From the NCBI GenBank assembly GCA_963767925.1, contig CAVYGB010000008.1, positions 1,536,001-1,600,000 of the forward strand: a stretch of DNA of 64,000 nt, written 5' to 3'. Both the position numbers and the translations under genes were made by a program. Position 1 is the stretch's first letter, and every line of letters starts with the position of its first letter. Shown in pieces: positions 1 to 10,687 of this stretch. The stretch comes from an uncultured delta proteobacterium. Its GTDB lineage: Bacteria; Myxococcota_A; Polyangia; Fen-1088. The notes under the pieces were generated by a model that did no database searches, had not been told where the DNA came from, and saw only the letters and a list, made by a program, of their open reading frames with translations.

Positions 1-488
1 TGCAGCCGGTCGTGCTGCCGATCGCTCCGTTCGGGCGGGTCTTCGAGGCTCTCGATACCGGCGAGGTGGACGCCGCCCTCCTCATCCACGAGGGGCGGCT
101 GCTCTATCAGGAGCGAGGGTACGTGCAGCTCGTCGAGCTGGGCGCGTGGTGGCTCGGCGAGACCGGGTTGCCGCTCCCCCTGGGGGTCAACGTCATCCGG
201 CGGGGCCTTGGCGCGCCCGTCATCCGCGAGGTGTCGCGGATCCTGCGCGACGCGATCACCTGGGCCCTGGCCAACCGCGACGAGGTGATCGCCCTGCTGG
301 TGCAGGAGCCACGGGGGGACGCGGGGCTGTCCCGGACCGAGCTGCTCGACCGGTATCTGGCGATGTACGCCAACGACGATACCGCGGCGATGGCCCCCGA
401 CGTACGCCGGGCCATCGACGCCCTCTTCGAGCGCGCGCGCGCGGCCGGTCTGCTACCGGCGGGCGCGCCGGTCGAGTGGGCGCCCTAG
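1..488 (+). CDS. mqnD: 1,4-dihydroxy-6-naphthoate synthase (MqnA/MqnD family), 5'-truncated by window
   Basis: Motifs 'DAALLIHEG', 'LGAWW..ETGLPLPLGVNVIRR', 'YLAMYAND' typical of MqnD; adjacent to a futalosine hydrolase-like gene. Confidence 0.75.
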   Translation, partial: QPVVLPIAPFGRVFEALDTGEVDAALLIHEGRLLYQERGYVQLVELGAWWLGETGLPLPLGVNVIRRGLGAPVIREVSRILRDAITWALANRDEVIALLVQEPRGDAGLSRTELLDRYLAMYANDDTAAMAPDVRRAIDALFERARAAGLLPAGAPVEWAP

Positions 489-1100
489 ATATTCCAGGAG
501 CACGGCGCAGGCCCGGGCCGCCGCCTCGGCGCCGTGAGCGGCCCACTCGGCGTGTGCCCGGGGGCCCACCTGGTTGGCGATGCCCAGGACGGCCGCGAAC
601 GGCACCCCCGCCTCGGCGGCGGCGCGCGCCACCGCGAAGGCCTCCAGGTTCTCGACCGCGGCCCCGGTCTCGCCCGCCACCTCGGCGGCAGCAGCCGCGC
701 TGCGGGTGATGGCGGGCGGGCAGGCCACGTCGACCTGCAGGACACTGGCAGCGGCCGCCAGCCCGCTGCGCAGCTTCCGGTCGCACGAGGCCGCCAGGGG
801 CATCGGTCCCGGGAAATAGACGAGCCCCCGGGTCGTACCCACCGAGGCAAAGCGGATGTTGCGGGCCACGACCGCCGCGCCGATCGCCGGGCGGGGACCG
901 CTCCCCCGATAGACGCCCGCGGTGCCGAGCAGGATGAGGGCGCGCGGCTGCAGGTCGGCGAGGGCGCGGGCCGTGCCGAGGGCCGCCTCGACCGGACCGA
1001 CTCCCACCACCGCCCGCTCGACCGATCGATCCCCGGGGGGGCGCCGGCTCCGGGTCAGCGCGCGCAGCTCCGGGCGCCAGGCCGCGACGACGAGGATCAC
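453..1100 (-). CDS. mqnB: Futalosine hydrolase / purine nucleoside phosphorylase-family protein
   Basis: GTG start at 1100 within ORF 453..1541; 'GVGPVEAA', 'LLGTAG', 'ENLEAFAVARAA...GIANQVG' PNP/MTAN motifs; convergent with mqnD. Confidence 0.6.
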   Translation of the reverse strand: MILVVAAWRPELRALTRSRRPPGDRSVERAVVGVGPVEAALGTARALADLQPRALILLGTAGVYRGSGPRPAIGAAVVARNIRFASVGTTRGLVYFPGPMPLAASCDRKLRSGLAAAASVLQVDVACPPAITRSAAAAAEVAGETGAAVENLEAFAVARAAAEAGVPFAAVLGIANQVGPRAHAEWAAHGAEAAARACAVLLEYLGRPLDRRARR

Positions 1101-1110
1101 CGGGCGCGCT

Positions 1111-2175
1111 TCAGTAGCCGAGCTGCACCTGGCGCTGCTTGCCGTATTTGTCGGGCACCGCCGCCGGCCCGCGCCGGTCGCCGCCGACCCGCACACTGAC
1201 ACCGCGCAGGCCCTCCACCCCGACGGAGACCCGCTGGCGAACGGTCTTGGACGACCCCTCGTGCCAGGTCTCCATGTCGTAGTCGCCGGGTGGTACGCCG
1301 CGGATCGTGAAAACGCCGGCCGCGTCGGCCTGCCCGTACCAGGGGCTGTCCACAACCACGACGTAGGCCAGCATCGAGGCGTGGATGTTGCACAGGATCT
1401 GGACCGGCCCGGGCTTGGCGAAGGTCTTGCTGAAGGACTGACCGGCCTTGTAGAGCCCGCTGTCGAAGTCGTTGGGACGCGACAGCGAGAAGACGTTGTG
1501 GAAGATGGGGTCCTGGTTGGCGAAGTTGACCGTCGAGCCAACCGTCACGGGGAGCACCCGGGGGACGAAGGTCTTGTTGAGCTGGTTGATGCTCTTGCCC
1601 CGAATGGGGGCCGGGCGCGGGGTGTTCCCGTCTGCGCGCTTCAGCCAGACCACCGCGCCACCCGGGCCGAGGATGCCACTCGCCCCGACCTGCCCACTGA
1701 CGTTCACCAGCGGCTGCACCGGATCGGCCGCGGGGGCCGCCGCGGCGGTGGCCGCCTGGGCGACCGGACCGGGCGGAGGGACCGCCGGCGGGGTCCCCGC
1801 GGCCGCGGGCTTGCCCGCGCGCGCCCGGGCCTCGACGGCCAGCGGGCGGATCACGCGATCGAGATCGGCGTCGATGCCCGGTACGCGCAGCAGCGCCTCC
1901 CACTTGGCGGCAGCGGTGGAAAAATCACCCGCGTCCCAGGCGATCTTTCCTCGCGCCAGCAGGTTGAAGACCAGGTATTGCCGCTCGGCGACCGCCTTGA
2001 GCGCGAGATCTTGCGGGGTCTTGACCGAGAGGGGCAGGGGCAGCTCCTCTCCCAGCCAGGCCGGTGCGGGATCCGGCCGGGCCGCTGGCTCTTGCCCGAG
2101 CGCCTGGCCGGAAGCCTCATCCGACAGGGACAGAAAGACCCAGAGAGTTACCCACCCCAATCGCGATCGGTTCAT
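1111..2175 (-). CDS. Exported cupredoxin-like plus carboxypeptidase-regulatory-like domain protein
   Basis: Signal peptide, TPR-like helices, Pro/Ala linker, 'FVPRVLPVTVGSTVNFANQDPIFHNVFS...CNIHASM' with type-1 Cu ligands, then 'GVFTIRGVPPGDY'. Confidence 0.75.
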   Translation of the reverse strand: MNRSRLGWVTLWVFLSLSDEASGQALGQEPAARPDPAPAWLGEELPLPLSVKTPQDLALKAVAERQYLVFNLLARGKIAWDAGDFSTAAAKWEALLRVPGIDADLDRVIRPLAVEARARAGKPAAAGTPPAVPPPGPVAQAATAAAAPAADPVQPLVNVSGQVGASGILGPGGAVVWLKRADGNTPRPAPIRGKSINQLNKTFVPRVLPVTVGSTVNFANQDPIFHNVFSLSRPNDFDSGLYKAGQSFSKTFAKPGPVQILCNIHASMLAYVVVVDSPWYGQADAAGVFTIRGVPPGDYDMETWHEGSSKTVRQRVSVGVEGLRGVSVRVGGDRRGPAAVPDKYGKQRQVQLGY

Positions 2176-2241
2176 GCGAGCTCGTCTCCTGGTTTACCTC
2201 ATCTCCGAACCTGGATCGCCGCTAGTCGACTGCGCACCGCC

Positions 2242-3543
2242 TCAAAACGTCCAGATCAGGGACATCGTTCGCACGTCGTTGTCCACGTCCGGCGCACCCA
2301 GCCGTTCGCGGTTGAGGAGGACCTCGCCCTTGAGGACCACGGAATCGCCGAGGTCGAGGCGCAGCCCGACGGTCAGCCGGCGCACCTCGAGCGGCGAGAA
2401 CCCCCGGAACCGAGCTTGCCGCTGCTCGAGGCGGGCGTGACCGGTCACCCGACGGACGATCTCGCCCGAAAAAGGAGGGACATAGGCCAGCTGGGCCCAG
2501 AACCCCTCGGCCTCGAAGGCGGAGGCGATGAACTGCCGGCCCGCGCCGGTGAGCTTGTCGACGGCGCTACCGGGATCCTGTCCGAGGTCGAGGATCTCCC
2601 CGCTGAGGCTCAAGCCGAACAGGGACAGGCGCAGGTCGCCCACCAGCATGCGCTGCCGGGCCCGGAGATCGCCCTGGTCGTTGCGCGGCCCGCGCAGGGC
2701 GCTCAGGCCGACCTTGGCCTGGAAGCCGGGCAGGTTCAGCTCGTAGCCCAGCCGCCCGCTCCACACCGGTCGACCGGTCAGGCTCACCTCGCTGGCGAGC
2801 AGGACTTCGTTGAAGGGGGCGCTGTTGGTGGCGGCCAGGTTGAGGCTCAGCGCCGACCAGAGGGCGGGGATCTGGAAACGGTAAAACAGCTTGGCGCCGA
2901 GGTACGAGCCGCTGGTGTAGCGGGCGAACAGGGAGGGGGTGACGCCGGTGCGCTGGGGCGCCTCCTTGTCGAGGTATTCGATGCCGACCACCGAGTCGAA
3001 CTTGCCCGCGAGCAGGAACAGCTCCTGCGAGGCGAGGGGCGACAGCCGGCCGTAAGCCTGCTCGAGGGCGACGCGCACGGCGCTGCCCCGATCGTCGAGG
3101 CGGGGCAGGAGCTGCACCCGGGCGAAGAGCAGCAAGGTGCCGGTGGGCGGCCCGTGCCGGAGGTCCAGGCTGGCGGTGTTGAGCAGGAAGGAGGGGCGAC
3201 CGCCGATCCCCGCCGAGCGGGGCAGGAACCCGTTGGTGAAGCGCCCCCCGGTCTCGATGGAGGCCACGTCGCCCCGGGCGTTCACCGCCGGGGCGAAGGC
3301 ATCGACCGCGTAGTCGGCGGGGAGGCGCCAGTCGTCGGGATGGAAGCTGGTGCCGTTCCCCTCGGCGTCGGCGAAGCCGAGGTCGAGGTAGCCCGACAGC
3401 TCGATCGCGGGCGGCGGCGCGCTGGGCGTGAACCCGGAGAGGTCCTCGTTGGGGGAGACCAGCGGGTCCTGAGCCGCCCGGGCGGAGCCCGTCCCCAGCC
3501 AGACGGCGAGGGCGGCGACTCCGATCCGGGACAGCGCGGCCAC
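2242..3543 (-). CDS. Putative outer-membrane beta-barrel (porin-like) protein
   Basis: GTG start about 3543, signal peptide ending ARA-AQ, amphipathic beta strands, 'GKFDSVVGIEY', C-terminal aromatic 'LIWTF'. Confidence 0.65.
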   Translation of the reverse strand: MAALSRIGVAALAVWLGTGSARAAQDPLVSPNEDLSGFTPSAPPPAIELSGYLDLGFADAEGNGTSFHPDDWRLPADYAVDAFAPAVNARGDVASIETGGRFTNGFLPRSAGIGGRPSFLLNTASLDLRHGPPTGTLLLFARVQLLPRLDDRGSAVRVALEQAYGRLSPLASQELFLLAGKFDSVVGIEYLDKEAPQRTGVTPSLFARYTSGSYLGAKLFYRFQIPALWSALSLNLAATNSAPFNEVLLASEVSLTGRPVWSGRLGYELNLPGFQAKVGLSALRGPRNDQGDLRARQRMLVGDLRLSLFGLSLSGEILDLGQDPGSAVDKLTGAGRQFIASAFEAEGFWAQLAYVPPFSGEIVRRVTGHARLEQRQARFRGFSPLEVRRLTVGLRLDLGDSVVLKGEVLLNRERLGAPDVDNDVRTMSLIWTF

Positions 3544-3547
3544 GGCG

Positions 3548-4777
3548 TCAGGGCCTCGAGACCGGGACGGCGGTGCCGCCGAACGAGAGGTACGGGCAGG
3601 CCACCAGGATCTCGCTCGGATAGAGCACGTGCCCGAGGTGGCGCTCGATGGCGGCCTGCGAGTCCAGCCAGGGGCAGCGGGCCAGATCGGTCGCGGCGAG
3701 CGCCGCCGGCAAGCAGGTCTCGTCGAGCAAGACCTTGAAGGCGTGCTCGTCGAGCTCGGCGGCGGTGGCGACCAGCCCGGCGGGAGGCTCGACGGTCGGT
3801 GGACCCAGGCCCGCACCGCCGTTACGGGTCTCCCACTCGGCGCGGCGCTCGCGGGGCACGAACACGCGGGCGCTGGGCGGCAGGTGGACGGCGTGGAGCC
3901 GCCAGAGCGATCCGAACATCGGGCGATTTCCCGGGGCCAGGGGGACCCGGCCCGCGAACAGGGGCCCGGTGCCGCCCACCCGGGGGATTGTCGTGTGCGG
4001 CGCCCACTGCCCGGCGGCGTCGCGGCCGAAGAAGAAGAACAGCGGCTGCTCGATGACCTCGTCGCGCTCGTTGTATTCGAACCGGCTCGCTCCGAAGTCG
4101 AGGGCGAAGACCTCGGTGCCGTCGCGGTCCAGCCACCCGCTGCGGAGCTGGGGGCGGCCGATCCAATCGGGCGGGCGCAGCTTCGGCAGGAGAAAGCGGG
4201 TCGTCTCCTCGGGCCCCATCTCGGGACCCGGGAGCAGGGTGGCCAGCCGGGTGGGACCGGGGTGAAGGGGCAGCCGGGCGTCGAGGATCGCCCGCACCGA
4301 CCGGTACCGGTCGGGCGGGGTTTCGGCCGGAACCTGCACGTAGGTGACCCGGTGAAAGGGGCTCCAGAAGGGGCTCTCGGACCCGACGCTGAACACCCAG
4401 GGCAGGTCCAGCAGGTGCGCCTCGGGCGCCTCGGCGTTCCAGTCCGAGACGAACAGATAGAGGGGTTGCACCCAGATCACCGGGAAGTTCACCCAGACGT
4501 CGGTGGTCATGTAGGCGGTCTGCTCGCCCTGGGTGTAGGCCGGCGCCACCCGGATCTGGGTGGGCGAGGCGAGGAAGTAGGACGGAGGGAACCCCCCGGT
4601 GAACACCCGCGAGAGCCCGACGCCGAACGGCTGGTCGGAGTCGGCCTGGTAGGCGGCCTGCAAGCTGGACAGGGTCACCACCGCGGCGGACGGCCGGTCG
4701 GACGGCGGGACCTGGCAGGCCGATAGCAGCGCCGCCAGCAGGACCCCGGCGCTCGCGGTCGAGGCGGGGCGGCTCAT
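3548..4777 (-). CDS. Hypothetical lipoprotein
   Basis: ATG at 4777 overlaps upstream TGA (ATGA); lipobox 'LLSAC'; two related 'WSPFHRV'/'FGSLWRL' segments. Confidence 0.7.
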   Translation of the reverse strand: MSRPASTASAGVLLAALLSACQVPPSDRPSAAVVTLSSLQAAYQADSDQPFGVGLSRVFTGGFPPSYFLASPTQIRVAPAYTQGEQTAYMTTDVWVNFPVIWVQPLYLFVSDWNAEAPEAHLLDLPWVFSVGSESPFWSPFHRVTYVQVPAETPPDRYRSVRAILDARLPLHPGPTRLATLLPGPEMGPEETTRFLLPKLRPPDWIGRPQLRSGWLDRDGTEVFALDFGASRFEYNERDEVIEQPLFFFFGRDAAGQWAPHTTIPRVGGTGPLFAGRVPLAPGNRPMFGSLWRLHAVHLPPSARVFVPRERRAEWETRNGGAGLGPPTVEPPAGLVATAAELDEHAFKVLLDETCLPAALAATDLARCPWLDSQAAIERHLGHVLYPSEILVACPYLSFGGTAVPVSRP

Positions 4778-6852
4778 GACGAGGGACGGAGGTTCGAGCG
4801 CGGCTCGACGGGAGCCGCCACCTGCGAAGCGGTGATGGATCCGCCGGAGAACCGGGCCTCCTCGCGGCGGAGGTCGTCGGCGAAGAGGCGGTTCATGATC
4901 TCGGTCATCGCGATGGACCCCCGACCGACGTGCGGCGCCACCGCCGCCTGGAACTCGCCGGCCGACTGGTAACGCGCGCCGGGGTCGACCTGCAGCGCGC
5001 GTTCGAGGATGGCGCCGGCCGGCTCGGGCAAGGCCCGCACCCGCGCCAGGTCGTCCGGGCTGGGGCCGGTGGCAGCGTGGAGCAGGACCTCGTAGCTGCT
5101 GGTGCCCCGGTAGAGCGGCTCGCCGGCCAGGCAATAGAAGAGCACCAGCCCCATCGAGTAGAGGTCGGCCCGGGCGTCGACCTCCTGGCCGCGCGCCTGC
5201 TCGGGAGACATGAAGACGACGTTGCCCTTGACCACCCCGTGCTGGGTGCGGGTCACCCGGCCCTCCGCCTTGACGATTCCGAAGTCGAAGAGCTTGATCT
5301 CACCACGGGCCGAGACAAGGACGTTGTTGGGAGAGACGTCGCGGTGGACGATGCCGAGCGGCCGCCCGCCGCTCCCGGTCTTCGTGTGGGCGTACTCCAG
5401 GGCCTGGAGGGTCTCGTGAGCGGCGTACAGCGCGGCTGGCAGAGGCAAGCCCCCGCCGGCCATCTCCCGGTGCCGCGTTGTCACCCGGTCGAGGTCGCGG
5501 CCGAGGATGTATTCGGTGGCCAGGAAATATTCGTCGTCCACCTTGCCGAAATCGAGCACCGGCACGACGTTCGAGTGCACCAGGCTGGAGGCCATGTTCG
5601 CCTCGTCGATGAACTGCGCCACCACGGTCGGCTCCTTGAGCAGCTCTGGCCTCAGCCGCTTGATGACGAAGCGGCGGCGGAAGCCCTCGGCGCCGAAGAT
5701 GACCGCCGTGTAGACCTGGGCCATGCCCCCTTCCCCGAGCCGATCGAGCAGCATGTAGCGGCCGAAGGGCTGTTGCAGCGGGCCCTGGCCGGCGGCGGCC
5801 GGCGCCGGCGGGAGGGGCGTGAGGCCCACGCTAACCTCGGCCGGGGCGGGCTCGGGCTCCGGCTCCACGGACGCGGGGCGAACCGGCGCTGCCCTGGCGG
5901 GTCGACCCTCCCGGGTCACGGCGGCGTTGCTCCCGGCGCCGCCGCCGGTGCTGGCCTCCGCGAAGGCGGGGCTGCCGCCGCGCAGCCCGATGAACAGGGC
6001 CAGCAAGGCGATCAGCCCGCCCGCCGCCCAGATGATCGTCTGGGTGGTCCGGACCGAGGCGGCCGCCTGCGAGGCGGTCGCGCTGGCGTCGAACGTGACC
6101 CACAGCCGGTAGGCTCCCGTGACCGGGACGGCGGTGGCGGCCCAGGTGCCGTCTTCGGCGACGTGGGTGGTCGGATGCCCCCCCTGGGCGGCCTGCAGCA
6201 GGCGGACCTGATCGGCTCCCCGGGCCGAGCGGGCCAGCTCTCGCCCCCCCTCGGCCAGCAGGACGCTGCCGCCCGCCTGCTCCGCGATCTCGACGAGGGC
6301 CCGGCCATCGAGCGCCTTGGCCAGCACCAGCACGGCGGGCGTCTGCCGGTTGGGAACGGCGACCCGGGCGGCAGCCGCCGCCAGTGGGCTCCCCGCCGAT
6401 AGCCAGCCCGAGGAGACGCCATTTCCTCGTGCGGCCGCGACCAGGCGGTCCGCCCCGAGCTGACCGGGATCGGCCCCTTCGATCAGGCCGAGGTGCGCCT
6501 CGTCGGCCGAGACCGCGTAGACCCGGAACTCGTTGCGAAAGGGCTCCCACTCCGGCTCGCCCCGGAACCAGTCGGCCAGGGTGGCCTGCAGCTCCCCCTC
6601 GAGGCGGTGGTTGCGCAGGAGCGCGAGCTGGGCCCGGAGCTGCGGCAGCGCCGCCGCCGCCAGGGCCCGGGACTCCTGGCGCTGCAGATAAGCCCGCAGC
6701 GCTTCACTGGCCCGCAGCCGCACCGGCGTGCTCGCGGCTTCCGCGGCGTCGCGCGCCTCCTGCCGGGCGCTCTCCTGTACGCGGGGGGGCGAGGCCGCGG
6801 CGCCGACCAGCGCCGCGACCGCGATGAGCACGCTGACGACTCTACGCATCAC
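4774..6852 (-). CDS. Membrane Ser/Thr protein kinase with N-terminal extracytoplasmic domain
   Basis: Hanks motifs 'LGEGGMAQVY', 'VIKR', 'HRDVSPNN', 'DFG', 'MSPEQ', 'DLYS'; two hydrophobic segments flank a domain of about 250 aa. Confidence 0.92.
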   Translation of the reverse strand: MMRRVVSVLIAVAALVGAAASPPRVQESARQEARDAAEAASTPVRLRASEALRAYLQRQESRALAAAALPQLRAQLALLRNHRLEGELQATLADWFRGEPEWEPFRNEFRVYAVSADEAHLGLIEGADPGQLGADRLVAAARGNGVSSGWLSAGSPLAAAAARVAVPNRQTPAVLVLAKALDGRALVEIAEQAGGSVLLAEGGRELARSARGADQVRLLQAAQGGHPTTHVAEDGTWAATAVPVTGAYRLWVTFDASATASQAAASVRTTQTIIWAAGGLIALLALFIGLRGGSPAFAEASTGGGAGSNAAVTREGRPARAAPVRPASVEPEPEPAPAEVSVGLTPLPPAPAAAGQGPLQQPFGRYMLLDRLGEGGMAQVYTAVIFGAEGFRRRFVIKRLRPELLKEPTVVAQFIDEANMASSLVHSNVVPVLDFGKVDDEYFLATEYILGRDLDRVTTRHREMAGGGLPLPAALYAAHETLQALEYAHTKTGSGGRPLGIVHRDVSPNNVLVSARGEIKLFDFGIVKAEGRVTRTQHGVVKGNVVFMSPEQARGQEVDARADLYSMGLVLFYCLAGEPLYRGTSSYEVLLHAATGPSPDDLARVRALPEPAGAILERALQVDPGARYQSAGEFQAAVAPHVGRGSIAMTEIMNRLFADDLRREEARFSGGSITASQVAAPVEPRSNLRPSS

Positions 6853-6915
6853 GCGGCGACATCCTTCCCCCGTCCCACCGGTACGTCAACCGGTGGGATC
6901 TGGATCGGGGGGCGC

Positions 6916-7974
6916 CTACTTTTTCGCGACCAAGGTCTCGCCTTCGGTCAGCAGGGCGTTGTTGTCGCTGGCGACCCTGTACCAGCCCAGGGAGTGCTCG
7001 CTGCGCACGAGCACCTCGGGCGTGAGCGCCGGCGGGGGCGGCGCGTTGCCCGACGCCGGCGTCGGCAGGATCGGCACCTTGGTCCGGGCCAGCTCGGCCC
7101 AGCCGATCGGCCGGCCACGCGAGAAGTATTCGAGCCTGAGGTGGACGGTCGGCGCGCCGGAGGCGGGGTTCTCCCCCTTGCCGAGCACCTCGGTGGGGAA
7201 CAGCCCGAAGATCCGATCGTGCCAGTTCTTCAAGGTCGTGTCCGGCTTGTCGGGAGCCTCGGCCGGAGCCAGCCGGATACCCGGGAACTGGTCGATGCGG
7301 CTGCCGATGAACTCGCGCTTCTTGGTCCCCGCGATGATCACCACCCGGTCGACCTCCTCGATGCGGAAATTGTGCAGCCGGCGCTCCACCAAATTGGTGG
7401 TGGCCGCTTGCAGGTCGGTGAGGATCGGGCGATCGATGACGTACACCCGGTTGTCCTGAACGTCCCGCAGGTAGGGGTCGCTGCCACCGGGCGGGGCGGG
7501 CACGATCGCGAACCGGCGCTTGCCCGCCCGGGTCGTGACCTCGAGGAACCTCTTCGTCGTGTCGAGCCCCAGCTCCTTGGCCTTGCTGGCCTCGAGCACG
7601 CCGAGCGCCCGCTTGCCCCGCAAGGGAGCGAACTTGTCGAACAGCCGCTGGGCGGTCTCGCTGCCGCGGATGAGCCGCTCGGGCATCTTGAGCTGGACCC
7701 CCGGGTGTCCGGCCGGCATGCTGGCGCCCGTGTTGTCGTAGCCGCTCAGGCGGACGGTCACGAAGGGGCCGGCGCTGTCCCGGTCCTTGACCAGCTCGAC
7801 CCAGGTCTTGGCCTCCTGATCCTCGAACCGGATGCGCTGGAGGTCGTTCTTGGTGGCGTCGAGCACGAACACCTCGCCCGAGGTGAGCTCCGGCTCGCGC
7901 TGCCAGGTCGCGTAGGCGAACAGCAGGGCGAGGGCGGCGAGGGCGCCCTGGATGATGACGCTGCGGCTGCTCAT
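6916..7974 (-). CDS. DUF4340-like membrane-anchored protein of Gld-like ABC system
   Basis: N-terminal TM, 'ELGLD', position after GldG-like gene with overlapping start/stop. Confidence 0.6.
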   Translation of the reverse strand: MSSRSVIIQGALAALALLFAYATWQREPELTSGEVFVLDATKNDLQRIRFEDQEAKTWVELVKDRDSAGPFVTVRLSGYDNTGASMPAGHPGVQLKMPERLIRGSETAQRLFDKFAPLRGKRALGVLEASKAKELGLDTTKRFLEVTTRAGKRRFAIVPAPPGGSDPYLRDVQDNRVYVIDRPILTDLQAATTNLVERRLHNFRIEEVDRVVIIAGTKKREFIGSRIDQFPGIRLAPAEAPDKPDTTLKNWHDRIFGLFPTEVLGKGENPASGAPTVHLRLEYFSRGRPIGWAELARTKVPILPTPASGNAPPPPALTPEVLVRSEHSLGWYRVASDNNALLTEGETLVAKK

Positions 7975-9972
7975 GGCACTACCTCGGAGGTCGGCGGGGA
8001 GGGTTTGTCGGAGGGAGGCGTCCCCGGGCCGGTGCGACCGGGCGCCAGCTTGGCGCGGGTCCGCTTCTTGCGCTTGGCGGTCATCACGAAGCCCAGCCCG
8101 ACGACGAGGGCGGGGACCGCAAAGATCGACAGGTAGAACCAGATCAGGTCCTCCTTGCGCGTGTGCGTGACGGGCATGTCCTCTTCGCTGCTCACCTGAC
8201 CGCTGAAGCGTTCCTCACCGGCCAGCCAGCGGAAGGTATCGACCACGAGGATCTGGTTGCCCCGGTTGAGCCGCAGGGCCCGGTCGGTCAGCAGATCCGA
8301 GTCGGCCATCACGACAACCCGCGCCTCCTCGTCCGGCCCCACCGCGCTGGCGTTCCGCTTGGTGACCGAGGCGATGAGGTCGTAGGAGGCCCGCATCTCG
8401 GCCCCCTCGTTGAAGTTGAAGTCCCCGTTCTTGTCGGCCCAGGTGTCCTTCGGGGTGCGAAGGTTGACGTCGACGTTGATGATCCCGGTCCCCGCCTTCT
8501 CCTTCTTGGCGAGGTACCCGGCGCCCATGAGGAGCACCGCTCCCCGGTCGCCCATCCGGCTGTTGGTGGTGACCGAAGCGTGGGACGACCAGCTCACCGC
8601 CCCGATGTTGATCCGGTCGGAGATCTGCCGGGTCAGCGGGTAGTAATAGGCGTCGTGGGCCAGAGGGACCGGGTTGTATTCGAGCCAGAGGTTCGACAGC
8701 AGCTCGGAGAAGGTCAGCCCCGCCTCCGGATCGAGCGCGACGAGCAGGCGGCCGTTCCGGTCGAGGTAGCGCTGCAGGGCCACGTTCTCCTCGGGCAAAA
8801 ACGGCTTTGCCGGCCCCACCACCAGCACCAGAGAAGCGTCGGCCGGCACGTCGGTGCCGAGGCCCTGGGCCAGGCCCAGGTCCTTCACCTCGAAGCCCTG
8901 ATCGGCGAGCTGTGCCCGCAGGGCCCGCACGCTGCTCCGGCGCTCACCCGCCTCCGGGTCGTGCACGCCGGGGGCGTCGCTGCGTTCGTCGTGGCCGGCG
9001 GTGAAGTAGGCCACCTTCTGCTTGCGGCTCACCTGCAGCAGGCGCTTCTGGAAGTCGCCGTCGAGGCTACGCAGGTTGGCCCGCGCCCGGTCGATCTCGA
9101 GGGCCACGCCCGATCTGCTCGCGCATGGCGTCGCGGGCGACGACGATGACGCCGTTGGCGGCGACCCCGAGCTCGCGGGCCTTGGCCGGGTTGATCGCCT
9201 GATCCCAGCGCTGCAGGCTGAGCATCCTGGACTCCCGGGACAGCTCGGAGAAGTACGACTCCACCTCTTCCCGCACCTCGTTTGCCGGCGGGAAGAACAG
9301 GTGGACGGTGACCGGCTTGTCGAGAGCCGCCACGATCTTCTTCGTCGACTCCCCCGGACGGGCGGTCCGGAAGTACGAGAAGTCCACCCGACCGTCCCGC
9401 TCCGAGGCGACGTAGGTCAGCGAGAAGCAGAAGACGAGGGCCAGGGCGATGCTGAGGCCCGACAGCAGCGCCGATCGCACCCGCCCGATCTCGATGACCG
9501 GCGCCTTCGCCATGCTGAAGAGGGCCATCTCCACGAAGAGGATGGGCAGGAAGCTGGCCACCAGGAGGGCCGGCCAGAGGACGGACAGCACCCCCGACAG
9601 GCGGGGCATCGACTGCTCCAGCGCACGCCCGCTCATGCGGATCGCCAGGTCCGAATCGATGAAATGCAGCAAGAGGGCCAGCGCCCCGATCCCGTAGAGG
9701 AGCAGCAGGGCACGCTCGGGGATCCGGTAGTTGGCCGGCCCCGAGGCCTGCCGGAGCGCGCGGACCGCGATGGCCGCCAGCACGAGCACCACGCCGAGGA
9801 CCGTGAACACGGTCTGGGTCTCCCCGACGTCGAGCACGCGCTCGCCGAGGAAGATGGCCATCAGGCCGCCGAGGAAGAGGAGGGTGGGGTAGATGGCCGG
9901 TCGGTAGACCGGCCCGCCCGGAGCCCGGCCGGGAGCGGCCGGGGCGGGCGCCGAAGGATCGTTCAACGCCAT
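7971..9972 (-). CDS. GldG-like ABC-transporter auxiliary component (split by a frameshift near 9110)
   Basis: ORF 9067..10152 (from Met 9972) joins ORF 7971..9107 if one extra G is removed (REQIG-VALEIDRAR); motifs 'YFTAGHDE', 'LVVGPAKPF', 'VVMADSD', 'FRWL'. Confidence 0.8.
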
Positions 9973-10687
9973 CGTCGAGCCTCCACAACGCGCGTCGCGC
10001 AGAACAGAGCGAAGTAGGTTATGGCCAGGTAATAGACGACGTCCCGCAGGTGAATCACGCCCACCTGGAAGGGGGGAAAGTGGCGATGGTAGAGGGCGAG
10101 CGACTCGAACACCCGGTTGATAGGGTGTTCGGTCACCTTGGCCAGCAGCCACATGACGATGAGGGCGACGATGAGACAGCCCGAGACGATGGCCGCCAGC
10201 ACCTGGGTTCGGGCCACCGCCGAGCCGAAGGTTCCGATGGCCAGCGTCGCCCCGCCGAGCAGCACCAGGCCCAGGTAGCCCACCACGACGTGCCCGAAGG
10301 AGACCTTGCCGTTGACCAGGATGAGGGCCGGCATGAACACGGTCAGCAGGGTCATGATGGTGAGGAAGGCCCAGCCCGAGAGGAACTTGCCGAGCACGAT
10401 CTCGTGGTCCCGTACCGGCGAGGAGGTCAGGAGCACCAGGGTGCCCGTCTGTTTCTCCTCGGCGAACAGGCGCATCGAGATGAAAACGCTCGCGATCATC
10501 GTGGTGCCGCTGGAAAAGTAGAAGAACAGCGCCAGCACCTGCCCCGACAGCTTCTCGGGGCCGCCGAGGGCGAAGGCGTTGAACAGGATGCCGTCGACAA
10601 CCAGGACGGCGGCCACGATGATGTAGCCGGTCATGGAGTGGACATAGGCGCCGAGCTCGCGGCGAGGATCAACCAGATCGGGGTCAC
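9963..10687 (-). CDS. ABC transporter permease (GldF-like)
   Basis: 'RRELGAY', 'MRLFAEEKQTGTLVLLTSSPV...LGKF'; true start is probably GTG at 10687 with a 1-nt indel near 10665. Confidence 0.85.

Noticed and set aside
922..3738. 938-aa plus-strand ORF, and similar long ORFs at 35147-37669, 41769-43916 and 53296-55077
   Set aside because: Antisense shadows of real genes in high-GC DNA; no motifs
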